A stretch of 64,000 nucleotides of DNA from Bacteroidaceae bacterium (GTDB lineage Bacteria; Bacteroidota; Bacteroidia; Bacteroidales; Bacteroidaceae), in the NCBI GenBank assembly GCA_051875715.1, contig JBJEHD010000077.1, forward strand, positions 8,827 through 72,826, in the 5' to 3' direction. Within the stretch, counting starts at the first letter, position 1; each line of letters begins with the position of its first letter. The position numbers and the translations under genes were made by a program. The notes beneath the pieces are model-generated. The model was not told the DNA's origin. It searched no databases and saw nothing but the letters and a program-made list of their open reading frames with translations. Shown here in pieces: positions 35,224 to 45,754 of the stretch.

Positions 35224-35858
35224 TTCGTCTTCTTGCCTAAGATGTACGTTTCCAGGTCGTCTATCTCTGCTTCGGACAGGGTGTTGAAACGCCCTCCCGT
35301 CAGGATGGCGATGCGGCAGGCCATTTCGAAGAACATGGCTCGTTCGAAAGCCTGGTCGAAGTCCTTCCCGCAGACCACTTGCCCGTGTTTGCGTAGCAGA
35401 GCGGAGTTGTGGTGGGTGAGTGCGTCCACCACGGCGGCTGCCAGTTCCGGCGAGCCGGGGCGGTAGTACGGAATCACCGGGATGTCGGACCCTACATGGC
35501 AGGGCACTTCGGCCGTGACGTTGAGGTCGGCCGGAATCTCTTTCATGCAGGCTAAGGCGGTGGCATAGGGCGATTGGAAGTGAAGCACCACGTTCACATC
35601 CGGTCGGGCACGCAGTATGCCGAGGTGGAATCCATGCTCCATCGAGGGCTTGACCCCGTTGAGTACCTCGCCCGTCTCTATCCGGCAGCGCGACACCTTT
35701 TCGCGTGTCAGGCTGGGTACCCACGACCCGGTGCCGGACAGCAGTGCCTCGTCGCCGATGCGCCAGGAGAGGTTGCCGCTGCTGCATACGGTCAGACCGG
35801 CCTCGCCTACGCGGTGGGCCTCGGCGAGGAATTTCTCTATGTGTTGGTCGGTAATCAT
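35220..35858 (-). CDS. fucA: Class II aldolase (L-fuculose-phosphate aldolase type)
   Basis: 212 aa from the ATG at 35858. Motifs SSGNLSWR and the metal-binding His cluster region (EHGFHLGI...VVLHFQSPY). Confidence 0.85.
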   Translation of the reverse strand: MITDQHIEKFLAEAHRVGEAGLTVCSSGNLSWRIGDEALLSGTGSWVPSLTREKVSRCRIETGEVLNGVKPSMEHGFHLGILRARPDVNVVLHFQSPYATALACMKEIPADLNVTAEVPCHVGSDIPVIPYYRPGSPELAAAVVDALTHHNSALLRKHGQVVCGKDFDQAFERAMFFEMACRIAILTGGRFNTLSEAEIDDLETYILGKKTK

Positions 35859-35892
35859 GTCGTTGGTTTTCTGAGGTTGTACGTAGGATGGT

Positions 35893-37665
35893 TTACTTGT
35901 AGATGGGACCGTAGTTTTGGCAGGCACGATAGTCGGCTCCTTCCTTGTCCATCCCGAACGCATTCCATGCGGCAGGACGGAAGATGCGGTCGTCGTCCAC
36001 ATTGTGCATGCAGACGGGGATGCGTAACATCGAGGCCAGCGTGATGAGGTCCTGGCCGATGTGTCCGTAGCTGATGGCACCGTGGTTGGCTCCCCAGTTG
36101 TTCATGACGGAGTAGACATCCTTGAAGGCCGGTTTGTCGCACAATCGGGGGACGAACCACGTGGTGGGCCATGTGCGGTCGGTGCGTTCGTTCAGCAGGC
36201 GATGCACTTCCGGGTCGATTTCGACGGTCCATCCTTCGGCAATCTGCAGCACGGGGCCCAGGCCTTTCACCAGGTTCAGCCGGCTCATGGTTACTGGCAT
36301 ACCACCCTTCGAGAGGAAGTTGGACGAGAAACCGCCGCCCCGGAAATAGTCTCGGTTGGCCGGATACCAGGTGGTGGCCTCCAAGCATTTCTCGACCTCC
36401 TCTTCGGTGATTTCCCAGAACGGCTTCATGGCTGGCTGGCCTTCGGCATTCGTCTGCTGTCCGGTGCCGTCGAGGGTGGTGGCACCCGAGTTGATCAGGT
36501 GGATGATTCCGTTCTGGGCCAGTCCGGTCAGTTCCTTGCCGGTGACGCGCTTCACGGCTTCGGGGCTCCAGTAGGTACGCACGTCGGAGAAGATTTGTGC
36601 GCGGTTGCTGAGCAGATGGCCGAAGAGCATGGCCACTCCGTTGCAGGCATCGTTCTCGGTGGCCACGACAAAGGCTTCGCGGATGCCGTTCCAGTCGAAC
36701 GAGGTGTTGAGCAATGCCTCCGAGTAGTCTCCGTTGGGATAAAAGTCAGTCCACTGCCGTTGCCCCTGGAATCCGGCTGCGATGGCATTGTGTCCCAGTG
36801 CCTCCTCCTTGAAGCCCATCTCGCGCAGTTTCGGATTGCCCTTCATCAGGTCGCGCATGATGAGGGTCATTTTCACAATGAACTCCCAGTCGGCCTCCTT
36901 CTGCTCGCGGGTCTTGATTTTCGCGGGTTGGTTGAAGTCTTGCCCTTCGTGCGGCTTGCAGTATTTCTCTGTCCAGGCCATCGCCTTGGCAAACTCTTCC
37001 TTGTCATAGATGCCCTCGGTCATGCGGCGGATGATTTCGGTCAAGTCGACCGATTCGCAGCGCATCCCCAGGTATTCCTGAAAGAAGTCCGGATTGACAA
37101 TCGATCCGGCGATACCCATAGATACGCTACCCATGGAGAGGTACGACTTGCCGCGCATGGTGGCCACGGCCTGGGCGGCACGGGCAAAGCGGAGAATCTT
37201 CTCGGCCACGTCGGCCGGGATGCTGTTGTCGTCGAGGTCCTGCACGTCGCGGCCGTAGATGCCGAACGCAGGCAGCCCCTTTTGCGCATGGCCGGCCAAT
37301 ACGGCAGCCAGGTAGACCGCACCCGGACGCTCGGTGCCATTGAATCCCCATACGGCTTTCGGATAGTAGGGATTCATGTCCATGGTCTCGGCACCGTAGC
37401 ACCAGCAAGAGGTGACGGTGATGGTGGCCCCTACGCCTTCGCGCTCAAACTTCTCGGCGCAAGCGGCACTTTCGGCCACCCGTCCGATGGTCGAGTCGGC
37501 AATGACGCATTCCACGGGACTGCCATCGCCGTTCTTCACGTTGGTGGTGATTAACTCGGCCACTGCTTTGGCCAGATTCATGGTCTTCTCTTCCAGGCTT
37601 TCGCGCACACCGCCCTGCCGACCATCGATGGTGGGGCGGATTCCGATTTTAGGATAACGGTTCAT
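35893..37665 (-). CDS. fucI: L-fucose isomerase
   Basis: 590 aa from the ATG at 37665. The N-terminus [35 protein letters not shown] closely parallels E. coli FucI as I recall it. Confidence 0.95.
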   Translation of the reverse strand: MNRYPKIGIRPTIDGRQGGVRESLEEKTMNLAKAVAELITTNVKNGDGSPVECVIADSTIGRVAESAACAEKFEREGVGATITVTSCWCYGAETMDMNPYYPKAVWGFNGTERPGAVYLAAVLAGHAQKGLPAFGIYGRDVQDLDDNSIPADVAEKILRFARAAQAVATMRGKSYLSMGSVSMGIAGSIVNPDFFQEYLGMRCESVDLTEIIRRMTEGIYDKEEFAKAMAWTEKYCKPHEGQDFNQPAKIKTREQKEADWEFIVKMTLIMRDLMKGNPKLREMGFKEEALGHNAIAAGFQGQRQWTDFYPNGDYSEALLNTSFDWNGIREAFVVATENDACNGVAMLFGHLLSNRAQIFSDVRTYWSPEAVKRVTGKELTGLAQNGIIHLINSGATTLDGTGQQTNAEGQPAMKPFWEITEEEVEKCLEATTWYPANRDYFRGGGFSSNFLSKGGMPVTMSRLNLVKGLGPVLQIAEGWTVEIDPEVHRLLNERTDRTWPTTWFVPRLCDKPAFKDVYSVMNNWGANHGAISYGHIGQDLITLASMLRIPVCMHNVDDDRIFRPAAWNAFGMDKEGADYRACQNYGPIYK

Positions 37666-37749
37666 TGCTTTTTGTAGATGAATTGAATGAAGATAATTGG
37701 TTAACATTGTTTTCTTTCTCTCTTTCTCTCTTGCCTGTCTCGGTGTCGC

Positions 37750-38745
37750 TCACAACGAACCGCGCAGGCGGACGATGGTGGGGAGGTAGTCCCTCGGAAC
37801 CTCATCGTGGGTAATGAAGCGGGCGGCCCTACGGCCCATCTCGGCCCAGTCGATTGTCATGGCCGTGATGCCTTGGCCAATCACCTCGTAGGCAGGGGTG
37901 TCGTTGTAGGCAATCAGGCCATAGTCTGCGCCACAGTGCAAGCCGCTCCGTCTACCTGCCTTGATGAGGCTGACCACGTCGATTTGGCGAATCACCACGT
38001 AGAGCGTTTTCTCCCTCGCCTGCTCAATGGTTTCTTCCGTGCTCACTTCGGCGGACAATCCGTGTGCGGAAGCGTAACGCAGCAGCGCCTCGGCCGACAC
38101 GCGAGGATGGTGCGAGTGTGCTGGCAGCTGAAAGATGATCCGACGGTAGGAAAGTATCCGCTCGGTCAGTGTCTCCAATGCTTCGTAGAATGATTCGTCG
38201 AAGTTCTGGCAGAGGTAAGCATACGGCTGTTTGTCGAAACGGCCGAAGTCCAGCAACAGCAGACGCGAGGCTGGCAAGCGGCTCACCAAAGGCGAAAGCC
38301 GCTCGTTGTCGAAGTTCATGACGACGTAATAGTCGTAGCGTCCGATGGCTGCGCTCAGCACCTGGCTGAAGATTTCCTCATTATACTGATGAAACCAAAG
38401 GTCCACCTTGTAGTGGGCCGATGGCAAGTGTTGTACAAAACTGTTGTACAGCGTGTCCTTGAAGGGGGAGTATTCGTCCAGCAACAGGAAGATGGTCCGC
38501 TGTGTGGCGTTGACGTAATATCCCTTGCCCGGTGCGGAGGCAATCAACTTCCGGCTGCGCAGTTCGGCAAACGCCTTGAAAACGGTGTCGCGCGACACGC
38601 CGTACCTTCGGCTGAGGCAGTTGATGGAGGGTAAGGGAGTGCCAACGGCATACTTCTTTTTCCGTATTTCCTCTGCCAGGGTATCTGCCAGCGAGCGCAC
38701 CTTGCTTACACTGCTTCCTAACTCGGTCTGTTCTGTTCTTTTCAT
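37750..38745 (-). CDS. fucR: GntR-family regulator with a sugar-binding domain (FucR type)
   Basis: 331 aa. Winged-helix N-terminus (LPSINCLSRRYGVSRDTVFKAFAELRSRKLI). It is the first gene of a fucR-I-A-K-P order like that known from Bacteroides thetaiotaomicron. Confidence 0.8.
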   Translation of the reverse strand: MKRTEQTELGSSVSKVRSLADTLAEEIRKKKYAVGTPLPSINCLSRRYGVSRDTVFKAFAELRSRKLIASAPGKGYYVNATQRTIFLLLDEYSPFKDTLYNSFVQHLPSAHYKVDLWFHQYNEEIFSQVLSAAIGRYDYYVVMNFDNERLSPLVSRLPASRLLLLDFGRFDKQPYAYLCQNFDESFYEALETLTERILSYRRIIFQLPAHSHHPRVSAEALLRYASAHGLSAEVSTEETIEQAREKTLYVVIRQIDVVSLIKAGRRSGLHCGADYGLIAYNDTPAYEVIGQGITAMTIDWAEMGRRAARFITHDEVPRDYLPTIVRLRGSL

Positions 38746-38985
38746 TATAAATAAGGAGTTTATCTATGCTGAACTGTTCTGAACGCAAAGGACGGTATTC
38801 TTGTGCTTATAGGCAAGCGGTCGGTATATGTTTCATAGCAGGTTTTGCGGGATGACCTCCCGTTTGCTGCTTCGATGGGCAGGATTTCTCCTGCAAGGCG
38901 ATTCCTCGCGAGGACTGTCGCGCGTTCATGGGAATGGGCCGTGCGGAAGTGTCCTGCTGCGTCACTGACAATACTCCACTTCGTA

Positions 38986-39073
38986 TGTGAGTACTCGCGT
39001 GGCGGTCGGCGAGTACTCTCGTGGCTACTTGTGAGTACTCACGCGACGGCTTGAGGGTACTCGTCCTGTTTTC
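38986..39073. repeat. Tandem array of 4 x 22 bp with core palindrome GAGTACTC
   Basis: The cores lie at 38989-96, 39011-18, 39033-40 and 39055-62 (the last is GGGTACTC). Spacing is exactly 22 bp. Copy 3 forms the perfect 12-bp palindrome GTGAGTACTCAC. Confidence 0.95.
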
Positions 39074-39077
39074 GCAT

Positions 39078-39129
39078 GTAGGTATAAAACAACAAGGCGA
39101 TGTCCCGTTTGGTGGTGGGACATCGCCTT
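39078..39129 (-). terminator. Rho-independent terminator after the EEP nuclease gene
   Basis: 13-bp arms aaggcgatgtccc (39094-39106) and gggacatcgcctt (39117-39129). On the minus strand it is followed by GTTGTTTTAT. Confidence 0.7.
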
Positions 39130-39158
39130 GTGGATTAAATGGAATGGAGGAGTAGGGC

Positions 39159-40165
39159 CTACTTCTGCAGATAGAGCACCACGGGGAAGTGGTCGCTGTA
39201 GCCGTTTTGGAAGCGGTTGCCCGAGAACGTGCGGAGCGGATATCCTTTGTATTTGCCTTCCTTTTGGATGAGGAAGTCGCGGTTGAATATTTCCATGCTC
39301 TCGTATCGCAACTGGCCGGATTGTCGGCTCAGCAAGCCTTGCGAGATGATGACTTGGTCGAACAGGTTCCATTGGTTCTGGTAGCAGATGGTGCCGATGC
39401 CTTTGGTCCAGAAGTTCCACGTCACGTTGTAGAGCCCGCTCTCTTCGGCCTGCTCCATTTTTTCGGAGGCACGCAGCACGTAGCGTGTGCTTTCGTCGTC
39501 GGGGTTGTCGTTGAAGTCGCCCAGGATGACAATCTTGGCCGTTGGTTCGGCCGCGAACAGCGAGTCGACGATGTGTCGGGTGACGAGGGCTGCCTGGCAA
39601 CGCATATTGCCTCCGCGTCCGCCCCGGCGTGAGGGCCAGTGGTTGATGATGAAGTGCATCCGCTCGCCTTTCAGCTGTCCGCTCACGAGCAACTGGTCGC
39701 GCGTGCGGAAGGCGGTGTCTTTCTTGGACACCATGGGATAGGCCTTATAAGACTCCACGCTGAATAAGTCGGGGTTGTAGAGCAGGGCCACATCGATGCC
39801 GCGGCGGTCGGGCGAATCGTGATGGACGATGCCGAACCGATGGCTGGCCAGCCGTTTGTTGGCCACTAAGTCTTCCAGGACGCGTCGGTTCTCCACCTCG
39901 CTCACACCCAGCACGGCCATGCCCTCGGGACATTGTTCTTTGCCCAGGCGGGTGATGACCGAAGCCAGCTTGTTCAGCTTCTGGTTATACTTCTTCGGGG
40001 TCCACTGGTAGTTGCCCTTCGGGGTGAAGTCGGCATCGTTGATGCGAGGGTCGTCTTCCGTGTCGAACAGGTTCTCCAGGTTGTAGAACCCGACGGCGTA
40101 TTTTTCCTGGGCGGGCAGGAAAACAGCCACGCCCAGGAAAAGGGTGATGATGAATGCAAATCGTC

Positions 40166-40169
<4 letters not shown>
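39159..40169 (-). CDS. Secreted endonuclease/exonuclease/phosphatase (EEP) family nuclease
   Basis: 336 aa. Signal peptide (FLGVAVFLPAQ) and EEP catalytic motifs GFYNLENLFD, ILGDFND and YSDHFPV. Confidence 0.85.
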
Positions 40170-41653
<1,484 letters not shown>

Positions 41654-41672
41654 AGGATGTTGAAATTAGTGT

Positions 41673-44189
41673 TTAGAATTTGTAACCGATGTTGCAGAAG
41701 CAGTTGATGCCCTGCAGGTAATAGTATTTCGAACCGAAGCGGTCGGGGTATTCCAGGTCCATGCGTCCTTGCTCGTAGCCGCTCACGCAGATGTCGCGGT
41801 CGTTGAGCAGGTTGTTGACAGACACGTTGATGTTGAGTTGGTGTCCGCCTTTCAGGTAGATGACCTTTCCTACCGAGAGGTCGATGGTGAATCCGCCGTC
41901 GAGTCGCTCTTGCGAGGTGAGCTTGTGGTAGGCGTTCATCAGTGTCTCGTTCCCCGGTTTCACGCTGGTGTAGTTGGAGGCGATGCGCCGCAGGGGGGCG
42001 ATGTCGACATAGTTCCGCCCGAACCCGTTGATGCTCGCTCCGAGGAACCAGTACTTGATGAAGTAGCGCACACCCAGCGTCCCGGCCATTTGCGGCGTTC
42101 CGCCTACGTAGTAGTTCTTCATGTAGACCTGCTCGGTGACGTTGTCGATTTTGCCGTTCTCGGAGTTGATGATGCCGGTGGGATTGTTGGCGTAGAAGTA
42201 CTCGGCCACGGTGCCGGCTGCGTCGATGGTCCAATGGCTGTCCGGCTTGTAGGAGACGGCGGCCTCGATGCCGTGGTGCACCTTCTTCATGCCGGTCAGC
42301 ACGTGGTTGATGAACGTGCGGGTGATGCCGTCGTAGTAGCTGGAACGGTCCATCTGATCCCAGAACACGGTCTGGAACAGCGAGAGCCGTCCCTGCACCT
42401 TGGGCAGCGAGAACACGTAGTTGACATCGGTGGCCCATACGCGGCCGCTCTTCATCTCGCTCACCGTCTTGTCGGTGATGCGAGGCGATACGTAGGCATT
42501 GTTGGGCAGAGGGGCTTCCGTGCCGTAACTTATGTTGGCGGTGAGGAAATGGCGTCCGTTAAACTTGTAGTTGAGTCCGCCCTTCAGCATCACGTCGGTG
42601 AAGGTGTGCTTGCGTCCCTTGCCCAGCGAGGAGGTGGGGTAGCGTCCGTTCAGCATCTTTCCGTCGCGTTGAAATTCGGTGTAGGTCAGTTTCATGCCGT
42701 AGAATGCCTCGAAGCGGTTCAGCTTGTGCTTGGTCTGCAGCCATGCGTTGGCCGAATGGATGTTCAGGCGGAAGTTGTAGCCGAACACGTCGCCTTCCCG
42801 GGCATGGAAGTTGGGGTTGCGCAGGTCGTTCTGCAAGGCATCGGCATCGCCGGGGAAATCCTGTTCGGCAAACTTGTCGACGTCGAGCACGTAGTAGGCC
42901 CCCATGAGGTCGTCCACGAGTTTGTATTGACGCGACTGGGTGCTGCGCCATTCCACACCGCCGGTCAGTTCGGTGGTGGCGTTGATGCGCGAGTTGATGG
43001 TGGCATCGAACGTGCCTTCGTAGAGGTCGCTCCGCCGGTCTTCAACCATGTAGATGGCCGAGCCGTTCCCATAGAGGTTGTTCATGTGGTTGGCGCGGTA
43101 GAGTCCGTCCCAATCGATCTGGGTGAACGAGCGGTCGCCGCTGCGCCAGCGTTCGGCATACGTTTCGCCGATGCCCTCGTCGTCGAAGTAGGAGGGCAGG
43201 TAGCGGTAGTAGTCGGGGCGTGGGTCGGCACCGTTGTACCAGTTGAGCGACGTGTTTCCGTAGCGTCCGAAGTGGTAGCCCAGACCGGCCGTGAAGGTGG
43301 TGGCGTCGTTGATCTGGTAGACGTACGAGAGCACTCCTGTGGGGTCGAACGCCTTCACTACGCGTGCGTTCCGGCGTTTCCCGTTCTGATAACCCCAGTT
43401 GGGGTTGTACTGGTAGTTGTCCGTCAGTTCGTACACCTCGCGGTAGGTCGACCCTTGCTGGCCACGCTCTACGGGCGAGATGAATCCCACCAGCGAGAGG
43501 CTGTGCTTGCCGTCGAGCCATTGTTTTTCCACGCTGGCGAAGGCCGAGAAATTGCGGTAGAAGGTGCCTTCTATGGCGCCTTTGTCGGAATATCGTCCGC
43601 CGATGCAGGCCGTGAAGGCCCATCCCCGGTCGTTCAGGCCGGTGGAGTAGCTGGCCATGCCGCGCAGGTAGTAGTTGCGGTTCGTATAGGTGGCGGTCAC
43701 CTTGCCTCCTCGGGCGTAGTTACCGGCACGGAGGTTGATGTTTTCCGTACCTCCCAGCGAGCCGAAGGTGAAGAGGCCCGGTTCGTCGTAGTTGGTCACG
43801 TCGCCGTTGCGGGTCACGTCGTTCAGTGCTCCGATGGAGGCATAGTTGAATACACCGCGCAACTGGTCGTTGAAGCGGACTCCGTTGAGGTACTTCTCTT
43901 GGTAATAGTTGTCATAGCCGCGCACTTTGAACCGAAGCCCCGACAACTGGTAGCTGATGCGGTTCAGGTAGACGTCGTTGCTGAGGATGACCGTCGAACT
44001 GATGGCTTGCGAGGCAGAAGCGTCGTCGTCGACCGACAATTCGTCGTCCATGCCGCGGAAGGCGTCATCCGTTTCGCGGTAGATGTCGGAGATGACCTCC
44101 TCCTGGCCTTCGGGCGTCAGAGCCTGTCCGAAAGCAGGGCCGGCGGTTGCCAGCAACATCCATAGGATTGATGGTTTATTGATTTTCAT
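41673..44189 (-). CDS. TonB-dependent outer-membrane receptor/transporter with no adjacent SusD-like gene
   Basis: 838 aa. Signal peptide, plug-like N-terminal region (YLNGVRFNDQLRG), long beta-barrel-type sequence and a terminal aromatic residue (NIGYKF). Confidence 0.8.
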   Translation of the reverse strand: MKINKPSILWMLLATAGPAFGQALTPEGQEEVISDIYRETDDAFRGMDDELSVDDDASASQAISSTVILSNDVYLNRISYQLSGLRFKVRGYDNYYQEKYLNGVRFNDQLRGVFNYASIGALNDVTRNGDVTNYDEPGLFTFGSLGGTENINLRAGNYARGGKVTATYTNRNYYLRGMASYSTGLNDRGWAFTACIGGRYSDKGAIEGTFYRNFSAFASVEKQWLDGKHSLSLVGFISPVERGQQGSTYREVYELTDNYQYNPNWGYQNGKRRNARVVKAFDPTGVLSYVYQINDATTFTAGLGYHFGRYGNTSLNWYNGADPRPDYYRYLPSYFDDEGIGETYAERWRSGDRSFTQIDWDGLYRANHMNNLYGNGSAIYMVEDRRSDLYEGTFDATINSRINATTELTGGVEWRSTQSRQYKLVDDLMGAYYVLDVDKFAEQDFPGDADALQNDLRNPNFHAREGDVFGYNFRLNIHSANAWLQTKHKLNRFEAFYGMKLTYTEFQRDGKMLNGRYPTSSLGKGRKHTFTDVMLKGGLNYKFNGRHFLTANISYGTEAPLPNNAYVSPRITDKTVSEMKSGRVWATDVNYVFSLPKVQGRLSLFQTVFWDQMDRSSYYDGITRTFINHVLTGMKKVHHGIEAAVSYKPDSHWTIDAAGTVAEYFYANNPTGIINSENGKIDNVTEQVYMKNYYVGGTPQMAGTLGVRYFIKYWFLGASINGFGRNYVDIAPLRRIASNYTSVKPGNETLMNAYHKLTSQERLDGGFTIDLSVGKVIYLKGGHQLNINVSVNNLLNDRDICVSGYEQGRMDLEYPDRFGSKYYYLQGINCFCNIGYKF

Positions 44190-44201
44190 AAGGGATGTGT
44201 T

Positions 44202-45671
44202 TTAGAGTTTGTCACCGGTCAGGCTAACGTCGTCGATGCGGAATCCGGCCGTGTTGACGGTCGATTCGCTCTTGAACGTGATGGTGGTGAATCCGGGAGT
44301 GAGTCCGGTCAGTTCGACCGTTTGGTACGTATTGGTGGTGGCGATGGCTTTGGCCGGAACGGTCAGTTCCGTATCGCCGGCAAACACCTTGATGTGGCTT
44401 TGGTCTCCATTGGCGTTGGCCGTGATTTTATAGGTCAGTTTCAGGTTGGTGCATCCGGTCGTCACCAGGCCGCCTATCTGCAGCTGGCTATCCTTGTTGG
44501 CGGCGAACCATACGTGCGGATTGAGCGTGGAGGTCTGACGCACAGAGGCGTTGCTGTAAGTGCCGGTCATGCCCGGGTCGGAGAAGGTGAGGTTCTGGTT
44601 GTCCCAGCCGGTGTAGGCATTCACGCCCGGCCAATAGCCGTCGGCACCTTTTGCCACCGTTTCGCCGAAGGTCTCGGTGAAGAAGGTCGGTTCGCCGGAC
44701 GGAGTCGGGTCTGGATTCGGATCGGGGTCGGGAGTCGGGTCTACACCACCGCCGCCTTCCTCGTCGAAGTCGACGTCGATGTTGCCGCCGTTCTGCTCCG
44801 TCCACGGCGTGATGCTGCTGTTCAGCACGACGACGCTGTTGTTGCCCTCCGTGTGGTTCAGTTTCACGGTGTAGTTCTGTTGTGCGCCACTGTTCAGGCT
44901 GAGGCTGGCGATTTTATGCTCAAACGTACCTGCGCCGGGGAGGTCGAAGGTGATGACCACGTCTTTCACGTCCTGCTCGGGCAAGAGAATGGCTTCGGCC
45001 ACTGCTCCGCCTCCGGCCATGTGCGACACCTTCGTTTCGATGGACTCTTTCGAGTCGTCGGCCAGGGTGAGCGTACCGTCGGGGAGGAACAGGGAGGCCC
45101 GTGTCTTGAGTCCGCTGATGCTGACGGCCAGGCCGGCCAGTTCTTCATTGCCGTCGATGCTCTGGATGGTGAACATCATTCGGCTCAAACGGTGTTTGTA
45201 CACCAGCGTCGTGTTCGACGAGGCATCCACGCCTTTGGCGTTGTTCGAATAGAGGAGGTCGATTTTCCCTTGCAGGCTCTGGTCGGTCAGGTCCACCGTG
45301 TAGGTGTAGTTGGACAAGCCTTCCTTGTAGGGATAGTAGGACACGAAGTCTACCGTCGTCCCTTCGGGGAAGTAGATGATTTCGTTCGAGTTGAACCCTT
45401 GGAAATTGCCGTCGCCCGCCGAGGTGACGTATTTCTTGTTCTCCGCGCCATTCAAGATGGTTGTTGCGGACAATTGGGCGTCATGTTTGACCATGTATAC
45501 GCCTACCTGGTCGTTCACTTCCCACGTGGAGCCGGCCACTTTCGTGCTTGCTCCGTACACAAAAGAGGAGAAACGCACCTCTTGTGTGTTCAATTTGACT
45601 GTTTCATCATCGTTGCAGGCTGTCAAGGCCAATGCCGACAACAGGGCGATGCTTGCTTTTCTTAGTTTCAT
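44202..45671 (-). CDS. Fimbrillin-like (Mfa-like) lipoprotein, Pro/Thr/Asp linker, shared ~155-aa C-terminal module
   Basis: 489 aa. Lipobox LTAC followed by NDDE. N-terminal pattern VRFSSFVYGASTKVAGSTWEVNDQVGVYMV and linker VDPTPDPDPNPDPTPSGEP. The C-terminus is near-identical to that of the 40166 gene (GYWPGVNAYTGWDNQNLTFSDPGMTGTYSNASVRQTSTL). Confidence 0.75.
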   Translation of the reverse strand: MKLRKASIALLSALALTACNDDETVKLNTQEVRFSSFVYGASTKVAGSTWEVNDQVGVYMVKHDAQLSATTILNGAENKKYVTSAGDGNFQGFNSNEIIYFPEGTTVDFVSYYPYKEGLSNYTYTVDLTDQSLQGKIDLLYSNNAKGVDASSNTTLVYKHRLSRMMFTIQSIDGNEELAGLAVSISGLKTRASLFLPDGTLTLADDSKESIETKVSHMAGGGAVAEAILLPEQDVKDVVITFDLPGAGTFEHKIASLSLNSGAQQNYTVKLNHTEGNNSVVVLNSSITPWTEQNGGNIDVDFDEEGGGGVDPTPDPDPNPDPTPSGEPTFFTETFGETVAKGADGYWPGVNAYTGWDNQNLTFSDPGMTGTYSNASVRQTSTLNPHVWFAANKDSQLQIGGLVTTGCTNLKLTYKITANANGDQSHIKVFAGDTELTVPAKAIATTNTYQTVELTGLTPGFTTITFKSESTVNTAGFRIDDVSLTGDKL

Positions 45672-45754
45672 GTCTGATAGAAGTTGTATATTTTTATACT
45701 ATATTTTTAATAGGTAGAGGCCTTTGTCGGCCTACATTGCTTTTCGCCACAAGA

